DNA from: an uncultured Muribaculaceae bacterium
Lineage (GTDB): Bacteria > Bacillota_I > Bacilli_A > RF39 > UBA660
NCBI GenBank assembly: GCA_964425325.1
Contig: CAYRLX010000004.1
Span: 4,577 to 68,576, forward strand
Direction: 5' to 3'
DNA length: 64,000 nucleotides
Shown one piece after another: positions 39,235 to 49,100 of the stretch (position 1 is the stretch's first letter; each line of letters starts with the position of its first letter). The translations under genes were made by a program, and so were the position numbers. The notes beneath the pieces were generated by a model. The model was given only the letters and a program-made list of their open reading frames with translations. It was not told the DNA's origin and did not search any database.

Positions 39235-40152
39235 CTAATAATCATAAGTAACATTAATTACCGAAGAATTACTATAATCTATACTTTTATCATTTTTATA
39301 AAATTTAATAACATCACTAATACTAGAATCCATATCAAAAGTAAATTTTTTAACATAATTAAACCCATCTATCACTTTAGTTTCGATATTATAAGCCTTT
39401 AAATAATCAGTAGCAGTATTATCTATCTTAATAATATCAGGATCAAAACTTACAGTAATAACAGCAGAAGCACATTTCTTTTTATCCTCATCACTTAAAG
39501 ATAGATAAGTATCCACACTAATAGAATCATGAGAAGAATAACTTCCAAAAGCTTCTTTTACAAAATAAGAATCTAAAGTATTAGTTACTTTCAAATTTAA
39601 ATAATCACTTCCACTACTGTCAGATATCTCATGACCAAGTCCATATTTACCAACCACAAACGTAAAAGACGCAGAAAGTTCTTTAACATATGGTTTTAAA
39701 GACTTTGCAATAATCTTAACAGTAGTACTATCTCCATCATTAAATATAGCATTAGGTGTCATAGTAAACACAAAACTGTCAGTATTACTAGCTGATGAAA
39801 TAACCCCATCATCTTTACTAGTAGAACATATTAAATTACTAGGACACTCATAACTTATTTCATATTCTATATCAGAAGAACTTTTAAGCTTATCGTTTTT
39901 AAAACTATTTAAATTCACAACAATATCATATGGATCAACACCATTCCAATAGTCAAGAGAATATCTAGCATTATCCCTTTTTAATTTATCACTTTCAAAA
40001 TAAAAACTTTGACTCATAAAATATAAATCTAGAATTTTATTATATACGTACCTTCCAAGACTGACAGAAATAGTAATTAAAAATAAACTAATACAAAAGA
40101 TAACTATATAAATATAAACTCTAGGTATTCTTTTAAATTTTTTTAATTTCAT
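39235..40152 (-). CDS. membrane-anchored extracellular protein
   Basis: N-terminal anchor VYIYIVIFCISLFLITISVSLGRYVY, then a beta-rich S/T/D/N-rich ectodomain. ATGA overlap with the upstream gene. Confidence 0.6.
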   Translation of the reverse strand: MKLKKFKRIPRVYIYIVIFCISLFLITISVSLGRYVYNKILDLYFMSQSFYFESDKLKRDNARYSLDYWNGVDPYDIVVNLNSFKNDKLKSSSDIEYEISYECPSNLICSTSKDDGVISSASNTDSFVFTMTPNAIFNDGDSTTVKIIAKSLKPYVKELSASFTFVVGKYGLGHEISDSSGSDYLNLKVTNTLDSYFVKEAFGSYSSHDSISVDTYLSLSDEDKKKCASAVITVSFDPDIIKIDNTATDYLKAYNIETKVIDGFNYVKKFTFDMDSSISDVIKFYKNDKSIDYSNSSVINVTYDY

Positions 40153-40616
40153 GCTTTTTTATAATTTCTAAGCAAAGTAATAAAATAAAAAGTAATAGGA
40201 AATATAACAGATAATAAGTAACCAATCTTACTAGTAAAAATATTATATAAATAGCCTATAAAAGGAATAACTAAAGCATCATCTACTTTTCCAATAATAT
40301 AATCTATAGATACATATTCGTTGTCTCTAATAACAAAAGTATCATTATTAAGTACTTTCATAACCCTTTCACTATTTACAAAATTCTTACTATTTTTAGT
40401 ATCGTAAAATAAAATTTCGTCACCTATTTTAACATCGCCCTTTTTTAAAATAATTAAACTGCCCTTCTTATAATTTAATAAATCTTCTTTTAATCCAATT
40501 ATTGTCTTACCAAATAAAACACTATTAGAAAACCTATTAAAAGTAAACAATAAAACAGTATTTATAATTACAAAAAAGACAAAGATACCAATTAAAATAT
40601 ACTTTCCTACTCTCAA
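40149..40616 (-). CDS. SipW-like pseudo-peptidase (catalytic Ser and His absent)
   Basis: Same N-TM, beta-core, C-TM layout and GD...GDEILFYD / IGKV blocks as SipW. No SxSMxP box; THRV is replaced by ERVMKV. TTG start. Confidence 0.55.
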   Translation of the reverse strand: MRVGKYILIGIFVFFVIINTVLLFTFNRFSNSVLFGKTIIGLKEDLLNYKKGSLIILKKGDVKIGDEILFYDTKNSKNFVNSERVMKVLNNDTFVIRDNEYVSIDYIIGKVDDALVIPFIGYLYNIFTSKIGYLLSVIFPITFYFITLLRNYKKA

Positions 40617-40709
40617 CTATCATCACCATATCAATTGTATCATAAATTGTCAAACTTTAAAAGAAAAAGCATACTTAAAAACCATATATCAAAACTACTA
40701 CTCAATAAT

Positions 40710-40739
40710 AAAAAAAACTACACTAAATTGTGTAGTTTT
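40710..40739 (-). terminator. intrinsic terminator after the 358-aa subunit gene
   Basis: Minus strand AAAACTACAC-AATTTA-GTGTAGTTTT followed by eight T. Confidence 0.6.
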
Positions 40740-40751
40740 AATATACCCTAA

Positions 40752-41828
40752 TTATGGTTCAGGAGTTGGCGTACTAGATGAAGTATCAACAGGTTTTATA
40801 CTAAATTGTAAGTTAAAAGAAATTTGTCCACCAGAAGCATTATTCTCACAGTCAACGTCTTGTCCTTCAATCCACATATAAATTCTAATTTTAGTAATAC
40901 CAGCAGCTAAACCATCAGTTTCAGTTAAAGTTTGACTGTCAGTATAACCTTCTTTAGTTTTAATATCAGGATTAACATCAGTAAAATAAGTTTCATTTAA
41001 AGTTTGAGTAGCTTGCTCACGTTTAATTTTAGCAGACGCTGGAACAACAGCCTTAACACCAGAATAAGGAACCCAAGCATTATTACTACCAACATTTAAT
41101 GTAGTAATACCATAAGGGCTTATCGCATTGGCAACACCGTCTCCAGTATGAACATCATAGTTTGGCTCCCACATTTTAACAGTTGAACTAGTTCCTTCAT
41201 TTAAAGCTTGTACATTGGCAATTGAATCAGAAGTAGTAGTATGACCTAAAGTAACAAAAGCTATTCTAGCAGCATTTTTAATACCAGTGTCATCATTTCT
41301 AAATACAACTGTAGAATTTGGAGTCATATATAAAGTTTCATCTTGTTCATTCTTTAAGAAAATATCAAAAGCAACAAACTTACCTTGTGACTCAGCCCCA
41401 GAACTATTAGTCTCTTCAGATTTAGAAGCACTTAATATAAAGTTACCAGTAGTCTCATCTGCAAGAACTTTACCTAAGAACATCTCCATTTTACCATTCG
41501 CATCAACAACACCAGCAGTTGAAACAGGCTCTAAAGTTTCAGGTAATTGGTTAACTGCAGCAGAATAATTACCAATCGCACCAGTAATATCAGTATTAGT
41601 TATTACTGATTTCCAGTTAGTCGCATCAGTAGATATCTGAATACCACTAGATGTTGATACATTAACATCGATTGGACTTATAGTAACCTTTTCGTTAGCC
41701 GTAAACCATGCATAAGATGCAGTTCCTAAAAAGATACCAGTTGCAATCAATAAAAATAAAATTAAAAGTAATCTTCTCTCCTTCTGTTTTTGTTTCTCTT
41801 TCTTACTCATTTTTTTTGACTTAGCCAT
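40752..41828 (-). CDS. secreted TasA-like protein, candidate major filament subunit
   Basis: ATG at 41828 with a perfect RBS AGGAGG. Signal anchor ending GTASYAWFTAN. Paralogue of 53093-54070 (shared NQLP, WEPNYDVHT, IYMWIEGQDVDCENNAS). Has its own promoter and terminator. Confidence 0.65.
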   Translation of the reverse strand: MAKSKKMSKKEKQKQKERRLLLILFLLIATGIFLGTASYAWFTANEKVTISPIDVNVSTSSGIQISTDATNWKSVITNTDITGAIGNYSAAVNQLPETLEPVSTAGVVDANGKMEMFLGKVLADETTGNFILSASKSEETNSSGAESQGKFVAFDIFLKNEQDETLYMTPNSTVVFRNDDTGIKNAARIAFVTLGHTTTSDSIANVQALNEGTSSTVKMWEPNYDVHTGDGVANAISPYGITTLNVGSNNAWVPYSGVKAVVPASAKIKREQATQTLNETYFTDVNPDIKTKEGYTDSQTLTETDGLAAGITKIRIYMWIEGQDVDCENNASGGQISFNLQFSIKPVDTSSSTPTPEP

Positions 41829-41853
41829 AAAAAACCTCCTACTATTTAATTTA

Positions 41854-41882
41854 ATTCTAACACACTTTATACCAAACGGCAA
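41854..41882 (-). promoter_or_regulatory. internal promoter for the 358-aa subunit gene
   Basis: Minus strand TTGCCG (41877-41882), 17 nt, TGtTAGAAT (-10 at 41854-41859). Confidence 0.45.
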
Positions 41883-41899
41883 TACATTTTTTTAACTAT

Positions 41900-42454
41900 T
41901 TACACTTGCTTTGCATCGACGCTAATTTCAATAGTATCAATTAAGTCCTGATACATCTCGTCATTATACATTTGAGGAAAATTAACCACTAAAGTATACT
42001 TATCCGTTCTAGAAACATCATGAGTAAAACTACCAGCTAAAGATTCATACTTAAAAAAATACATACCATTACTATCTTGAATAATTTCCCTATTACCAAT
42101 TATATTCTCGTTACCATCATCCTTATATAAACTATAAGTAACAGGAATATTAGTAGTAGTTATAACCTCAAAAGTATAATCTAAATTAACCTCACTTACC
42201 TTGTCATCTTTAAAATTAGATACCTCGATATTATAAGTATAATCCTGACCATCAGGAGTAATTTCTCCAATTTTAATAGACTCAGTCTGTTTTTTAGGAT
42301 CAATTACATAAAAAGCAATCTTACTGCCAATAACTCCATTTGAATCACTATGAAATAATGAATAAGTAACTTTTATAAATATTAAACTAATAAATATACC
42401 TAAAACAACCAAAACAATACGAAAAGATAATTTAAACCTATACTTATCGAACAT
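41900..42454 (-). CDS. small secreted beta-rich protein (SipW-type signal)
   Basis: ATG at 42454 (MFDKYRF) with RBS AAGGATGG. Anchor IVLVVLGIFISLIFIKVTYSLFHSDSN. Overlaps the sipW stop by 11 nt. Confidence 0.6.
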   Translation of the reverse strand: MFDKYRFKLSFRIVLVVLGIFISLIFIKVTYSLFHSDSNGVIGSKIAFYVIDPKKQTESIKIGEITPDGQDYTYNIEVSNFKDDKVSEVNLDYTFEVITTTNIPVTYSLYKDDGNENIIGNREIIQDSNGMYFFKYESLAGSFTHDVSRTDKYTLVVNFPQMYNDEMYQDLIDTIEISVDAKQV

Positions 42455-43019
42455 TAGACCCATCCTTCTTAAGTTTAATACCAGAGTAATAAATACCAAA
42501 GTCATCATGCTTAGTAAGTATAGCTTTACCAGTATAAGAAAAAGCTAGTGAAAACATAAATAAAGTAAAACATATCATAATAATAATTTTAGGAGTAGTA
42601 ATTACCTTAAACCAAACACCCATATTAGGAAATATTTTAACTACCTTACCAACAACCTGAGAAGAAGTAATCTGTTTATCCCTCTCATTATTCGCATCTC
42701 CCTTAGTAATAAAGCCACTTCCAGTTTTAGAAATAACCCTGTGAGTAACTAAAACATTACCATCTTCAAAAGTAATAATATCATCTACATCTATTTTTTT
42801 ACTAATCTTAACTAAAATCAAATCATTAGTAGTGATAGTCGGAGCCATACTGTTACTTCCAATTTGAAAAACAGTATAAGAAAAAAAGCTGGCATAATTT
42901 TTAGATAAAATATTTAAAGAGATAAACAAATATAAACAAATTCCAAGTATTAAAAACAGAAAACAAGACAGTATCTTGCTGACTATTTTAAGAATATTTA
43001 AAACGATCTCTTTATTCAT
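42444..43019 (-). CDS. sipW: signal peptidase I, SipW/archaeal-ER type (catalytic)
   Basis: Ser box IGSNSMAPT, His box VTHRVIS, TKGDANNERD, and a C-terminal TM helix. RBS AAGGTGGTGA. Confidence 0.8.
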   Translation of the reverse strand: MNKEIVLNILKIVSKILSCFLFLILGICLYLFISLNILSKNYASFFSYTVFQIGSNSMAPTITTNDLILVKISKKIDVDDIITFEDGNVLVTHRVISKTGSGFITKGDANNERDKQITSSQVVGKVVKIFPNMGVWFKVITTPKIIIMICFTLFMFSLAFSYTGKAILTKHDDFGIYYSGIKLKKDGSNVR

Positions 43020-43033
43020 CTCATCACCACCTT

Positions 43034-43603
43034 TTATTCAGTATACTGAGTAAATTTAATATTTACAGGAATTTCAAAAGTAGAAGAAGACTGACCAAGC
43101 ATAGAATCACTTTCATTATTCGCATCATCATTTTCCCAGCTAAAAGAAACTTTAATAGTATCCTTCTTGCCAGCCTCTATCTCACTTAAACTAAAAACCC
43201 TACTGTAAACTCCAGAATTAACATCCAAAGTAGTACCATCCACACCTTCAATACTATCAAGTTTAATCTGACTATATTCATTACCACTTAAATCAATAGA
43301 TAAATCATATTTAAAAGAAACCTCAGTATCACTAGGATCAATTACAAGTAAAAACATACCAGTAACTCCAGGAGCAAATCTATCTTCATTTACATTATCA
43401 GAATTAACATAAGTTATATTATCCACATAAAAAGTATTTTCAGTATCATTTAAATTATCATTGTTTACCTTTATATTCCACTTAGCTATCGAAGAACTCG
43501 CATCTTCATCATACTTCGATTCAAACACACCAAAACTAGTAGAAATACTATGAATTGTCAAACAAAGGAAGACAAAACATAAAACAATTAATATTTTTTT
43601 CAT
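43034..43603 (-). CDS. small secreted beta-rich protein, TasA/camelysin-like
   Basis: Signal ILIVLCFVFLCLTIHSISTSFGVFES, then IAKWNIKVNN. Paralogue of 55740-56330 (shared EVSF.Y...I, SF.WE/FKWLD). Confidence 0.6.
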   Translation of the reverse strand: MKKILIVLCFVFLCLTIHSISTSFGVFESKYDEDASSSIAKWNIKVNNDNLNDTENTFYVDNITYVNSDNVNEDRFAPGVTGMFLLVIDPSDTEVSFKYDLSIDLSGNEYSQIKLDSIEGVDGTTLDVNSGVYSRVFSLSEIEAGKKDTIKVSFSWENDDANNESDSMLGQSSSTFEIPVNIKFTQYTE

Positions 43604-43612
43604 AAATCATTC

Positions 43613-44440
43613 CTAAAACAATGATTCGACGTCATCAGAATCTTCTTTAACCTCTGGCTCAGAAACCTTATTAAAAACATTATATTCTGATGAAATTTCA
43701 TCTTTAACGCTCTCACTTTTATCTAGATTAACATTAAAACTATCTTCCACCTTAGGAGAATTAACTTCTTCATCTCTTATAAAACTATCATCAGAAGTTT
43801 TATTAAAATTAACAGGTTCTGGATTATTATCTAATGAAGGAAATTCTATTTTCTCTTCCTTAAAGTCTTTATTTGTAGATAAATTTTCCTCATTATTTGT
43901 ATTAGATTCCAAATTAGAATCATCAGTAACAGGAGTTTTAATTTCCATTACTAAACGATATATCTCATAGAAGAAAAATAATAAAGCAGGTAAAATAACA
44001 AATAATAAGAAACCAAATCTAGATTCAATTATATATAAAATTTTACCAACCTTGGGATAAACACTAGCTGTTAAAGTTTTACCAATAACACTCTCACTAG
44101 AAATTTTATGATTACCATTAATAGTAAAAGTTGTCTCATTTTCATTTATAACTTCTGCTTTAGTGACTACTCCAGTATTAACACTAGCCTTACCCTGAGA
44201 AACCTCATAAAAGAAAATCTCATCGCCGTTTTGAATTTCATTATTCGCATTCTTAGTAAATATAACTAAATCACCATCAGTGTACTTATCACTCTTATCA
44301 TCAATTAATATAAAACTCTTATCACCAATCTCAGTTACCTTATACTGATTATAACAAAGTAGACATACAGTCGCAAATAGAATAACCCCCAAATAAATAA
44401 CTCCAAGTACTGAAAGTAGTACTCTAACTATCTTTTTCAT
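43613..44440 (-). CDS. SipW-like pseudo-peptidase with an acidic low-complexity C-terminal tail
   Basis: SipW layout (GDLVIFTK...GDEIFFYE...SVIGK...C-terminal TM) but with no catalytic Ser box or THRV His box. About 100-aa D/E/S/N-rich tail after the second TM helix. Confidence 0.55.
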   Translation of the reverse strand: MKKIVRVLLSVLGVIYLGVILFATVCLLCYNQYKVTEIGDKSFILIDDKSDKYTDGDLVIFTKNANNEIQNGDEIFFYEVSQGKASVNTGVVTKAEVINENETTFTINGNHKISSESVIGKTLTASVYPKVGKILYIIESRFGFLLFVILPALLFFFYEIYRLVMEIKTPVTDDSNLESNTNNEENLSTNKDFKEEKIEFPSLDNNPEPVNFNKTSDDSFIRDEEVNSPKVEDSFNVNLDKSESVKDEISSEYNVFNKVSEPEVKEDSDDVESLF

Positions 44441-44483
44441 ATAACTCACTTCCCTATTTTAATTTTAACACAAATCTTTCCTT

Positions 44484-45983
44484 TTACATAGCATTATTTT
44501 TTTCTAAAGCACCTCTTATTTTTTTAGCCTCTTTAAGCGCATCTATAGAAATGCCAAGTCTCTTTAAATTATAATTCATAATTATCTTATTTAAATCATT
44601 TATAATACCATCTATACTATCGAGTTTAAGTAAAGACTCATCTATAGTTACATTATGCATTTTATAATTAGTAATAATTATATCAGAAATATTATCGTCA
44701 CCAGTAACCGTAATATTATTAATAAGTGTATTCTTAGGATTCATCGTAAAATCATAAAGCTCATCTATAGTTTTATCAAGCTCACTATAACTATTATCCT
44801 CATAAAAACTAGCTATAACTACATAATACTGACAAACAAGTAAAAAAGCTTTAAAAATAGTAGAATTTTCTTTAATATGTTCTTTTACAATAACCTTAAA
44901 AATATTAGAGTCTATTTCATCATAGACACCCTTAATTTCAGAAATAACACTATTTATCTGAGGGTCCATCTTACCAACTTTAGTCTTCTCTAAACTTATA
45001 GAAAACCCTTTACCAAGCTTAAATAACTTCTTTTCTAACTCCTCTATCTTTTTAATAGACTTAGATAAATAATCTTTCTGGATATCCTCATTATATAGTT
45101 CCTTTATCTTATCTATAATAGAGCTGTATTTTAAATATTCCTTATATTCCTTTAAACAGTCAAAAAGTTCAAAGACAATATCGATATTATCATCACTAAA
45201 ATACTTTGACCTAATAGAACTAATAGCCTCATCAGTATATTCGTCGATATCAAACTTTTGATTATAAAAATCTAAAATCAAATTATTCTTACTTATAAAA
45301 TCATCATCTTTTCTCCTTAGATAATTATAATCGTTAACTATGCTCTCTTCACCATTCACAAACCTATTTAAAGCCTTATTAGAAAAAGAGGTAAAATAAG
45401 CATCCATTTTCTTCTTATTCTTAATATATAAATGCCTAAAATTAAGTTCTATTTGAAGCATAATATTAGGACATCTCCAATAAATATCATCGAATACCTC
45501 TTTTATTCTAGAAACACTAAGATTACCATCAAAGAACATCTCCATATATTCATACACAAAATTAGTATAATTAAAATCCTTATGAGATAAAACTATAGAA
45601 GAAGCCTTAAACGTATTAATCATCATTAAAATCTTACGATTATTATTAATCAAATTATCGTCTTCAAAATGAGAAAGCTGATAAATTAACTTATCCAAAT
45701 CTAACTTTTCATAAGAAGTGCTTAAATTATTCGTATATTTTAAAATACTTTTTAAAGTGGAAATAGCTTTCTTATTACTAACTATCTCTTCATAAGACAT
45801 ATTCTCAAACGAAGATATTCTTCTTTTGCATTCCAAAACTATTCCCTCTAATCTCTTTTGATAATTATCGATTTCTAAATCAATTTCCTCTATTAATTTT
45901 CTCTTGTTTTTTTCGTTATTAATAGGAAGGCCATTTAAAACTTCTTCACTTAAACTAATATCTTTCTCTAACTTATCCAGCAT
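44484..45983 (-). CDS. hypothetical cytoplasmic helical protein
   Basis: 499 aa with no TM or signal sequence and coiled-coil-rich. No recognisable motif. Confidence 0.6.
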   Translation of the reverse strand: MLDKLEKDISLSEEVLNGLPINNEKNKRKLIEEIDLEIDNYQKRLEGIVLECKRRISSFENMSYEEIVSNKKAISTLKSILKYTNNLSTSYEKLDLDKLIYQLSHFEDDNLINNNRKILMMINTFKASSIVLSHKDFNYTNFVYEYMEMFFDGNLSVSRIKEVFDDIYWRCPNIMLQIELNFRHLYIKNKKKMDAYFTSFSNKALNRFVNGEESIVNDYNYLRRKDDDFISKNNLILDFYNQKFDIDEYTDEAISSIRSKYFSDDNIDIVFELFDCLKEYKEYLKYSSIIDKIKELYNEDIQKDYLSKSIKKIEELEKKLFKLGKGFSISLEKTKVGKMDPQINSVISEIKGVYDEIDSNIFKVIVKEHIKENSTIFKAFLLVCQYYVVIASFYEDNSYSELDKTIDELYDFTMNPKNTLINNITVTGDDNISDIIITNYKMHNVTIDESLLKLDSIDGIINDLNKIIMNYNLKRLGISIDALKEAKKIRGALEKNNAM

Positions 45984-46089
45984 TTTCCATTTCCTTTTCT
46001 ATATCCTTTTTCTTATTTTCCAAAGTTTTTAAATATTCAACTACCTTTTCATAACATTTAAGTAATTCTTCTGTTTCTATATTTTCCAC
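45973..46089 (-). CDS. 38-aa helical peptide, translationally coupled to the 499-aa gene
   Basis: GTG at 46089 after GGAGGGA. Peptide VENIETEELLKCYEKVVEYLKTLENKKKDIEKEMENAG overlaps the next ATG by 11 nt. Below the track cutoff. Confidence 0.35.
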   Translation of the reverse strand: MENIETEELLKCYEKVVEYLKTLENKKKDIEKEMENAG

Positions 46090-46100
46090 AATAATCCCTC

Positions 46101-49100
46101 CTATTTAATAATTACATATTGAATAACATCACCGATAAAAGTATCACCATCATAAAGACTAAATACAAATTTATAAGTACCACTAACAAGCAAAGATTTT
46201 AAATAAAGCGCCTTATTCATACCATCCACTGGATCATCTATAAACATATATTCACCCTCACCAGTAGAAGTCAAATTATTAGTAACATAATCAGTCAAAT
46301 TAACCTTTTCATAATCGTAAGAATAAACATCATCATATAGTCTTCTGTATAAAGAAACCCTAATATTAGGACTTGCAAAACTAGAATTATATCCTAAAGT
46401 AAAGTTTAAAATATTATTATCATTTTTGGTATAACCAGTAGTTTTATCAATTATCATCTCTTCATCAGTAAGTTTAACCTTAAGGCCATAAGAACTATTT
46501 ATCATTGTAAAAGGAAGTTCTATAGAATCTTGCGCTAAAGATCCATAATAAATTCCATCAGGAGAAGTAAACGACTCTATCTTAAGTACATAACTACCAC
46601 TAGCTAAATTCAAATTAGTAGTGTCTATTTTTATCCTCTTAAAAATATTCGCAACCTTATCAGTTAAAGCAATTCTAACACTACCATCCATACGCGGATA
46701 ATAATAAGTATCATCAACCTTATAAGCAAGACCAAGTAAACTACTGTTGTTAAGCTGATTTCCACTAGAGTCATAAATAGTAATCTTTACACCAGGCTTT
46801 TTATCGAAATGACTAGTGTCAACTACAGGAAGACTGCCGACAATAGGCTGAGTAAAATTACCAGTTAAATCTACATTAGCAATATCACCTTTATAAATCG
46901 TAGAGTCGGAAAACTCTCCTTCGATATCCATTTTCGCATCACTATTATCATATAAATTATAAGTTAAAGCCGATCTTTGAATACCAAGCAAGTTAATCAA
47001 AGTATTCTCTCTGTCCCTCAGCTCTACAAATAAAGTATTTCCAAGTTTATTACCCTCTATTTCAGTATCTTCAAAATTGACTATAAAGATAAACTCCTCA
47101 TTCACCGTTTTAGAATCATTAAAGTAATATTTAGAAGCATTTTTAGATTCATCAAAAGTATTATTTAAACTAGTAGATCCCATCTTAATAAAATTAGAAA
47201 ACTTATAAGCACACTCACCATAAGTATTAAAATCACGGCAAGCCTCATTATTACCATTATCATCTACTACATAATAATATTTCTGATTATCTATTAAATC
47301 AAGCATAGTTATCTTAGTCTTAGCTGGAAACATATAATTAGAAACTAAAGCATGATTATAAGTACTCTTATAATAAGAATTTTCAGAATTCATAAATAAA
47401 GAATAATAGGCACTTAAAGTAGATTTAGTATTAATATTTGTTGGTAAAGAAGCAAACATCTCATGCTTCTCCCCGCTCGTCATAGACCCTTCATACTTAT
47501 CTTCACTAAATAAGGCAGAACTTAAAGTGACATTAATATTCACACGTCCTATCCTATCGTTAAGTTCATCGATAGGAGTAACCGTTTGAAGAGAAATAAC
47601 AACAGTTCCAATCTCACGAGATATAGAAATATTTTTAGAGTGATAAAGATAAAATAATAAACTAGGAGCAGATTCAGAGTTCTCAGAAGTATAACTTCTA
47701 GTTCCATAAATAGGATTACTACTGTTAGTTAAAAACTGAGTAGAACCAGAATTTACAAAACCAGTATTAGACGGTTCAAAAGCAAGACCCATTTTAGTAT
47801 CAGCTGTTCCATCAAAATTAATTCTAGGTATATCACTAGATTTGACAAGCTCAAAACCATCCTCTATATCATCGTAATTAAAACCTAAAATTTGAAAAGT
47901 AGTATTAGCCTCATTGTTAAAAATCAAAGGAAGCTCTGTAGTACCTAAAGTAGAATACTTAGAAGCCGCTAAACTAATATCATAAGTTTTAACCTGCTCA
48001 CCAATTGACCATCTATAATAAGGGCCATCCTCAGGAGAAGGTATAACGTACTTAACTTTAATCTTTCCCTCATTTTCCTCATCAGGATAATTACTGTAAA
48101 AACCATCCTTAGAGATATTATGATTACTCTTATGAGCCCCCATAACATAACTACCTAAAGTAAAAGCATATAAATCAGTTGGAGCATCACTACCATTAGT
48201 ATATTTATTATCATATAATGCAGTTATTATCTTGCCGTTTCTATCTAACTTATACATTCCAAAGAAAGTCATACCACTTACATTTCCATATGCAGTTGCA
48301 TATTCATTAGTCGCAATATTTAAATTCTTTCCATTAAACATATAAACCCTATTGTTTACATTTCTAGTATAACTTCCAGAATCAGTAATATTTACAGTTG
48401 CCTTAGTGACATTATCACCATCTATTTTAGCACTGTAAAACTCCTCGAGTAAATTCGCACCAGTATCTAAAAATAAAGTACTATCGTTAGCTAAAACAAG
48501 TTTTTTAATACGGCTTAAAGAAAATTCCACAGTAGAAAATTCATTAGTTCTATCAGTAGCTCCCTCAAGTTTAATCGAAGAATTTTTTATAGTAAGTTCG
48601 TCAGTTCTTTGAATAGATACATTTTCCTTATAATCATTAAACGTACCATAATTACTAATATTAATCTTACTATAACCAGAAGTAGAAGAAGCGTTACCAC
48701 TACCAAAGATAGAACCTAAAATATCAAAATTATTGTATCCATCTCCATCTATATTAACATCTATTCCTTTAGTAACACCGATAAAACTAAAGTCATACTT
48801 AGGTGAACCACTCGCATTAGCTTCACCACCACCAAATACAGTCCCATATATCTTAATATCAGATTTTTGATCTTGATTATACCCGATATTCAAAATAGAA
48901 TTACCATATAAAACAGCAGTATTAGCTCCTCCGTAAACATTACCATGAATAACACCACCAGCAATATTTACATGACTAATAGAAGAATTAGTAGATTCAG
49001 TTCCAGTATTAGCTGCATTTCCACCACCAAAGACATGAGAAGTTATATCAGAAGTTCCAAGGATTTTAATATTAGTGTTTCCATGGACAACCGCAGTATT

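Noticed and set aside
40611-40660. TTGACA, 17 nt, TATGGT promoter directly upstream of the 155-aa pseudo-SipW gene
   Set aside because: The putative -10 overlaps the GGTGAT that serves as RBS for the TTG start only 5 nt downstream, so both cannot function as annotated. It is not reported as a feature.
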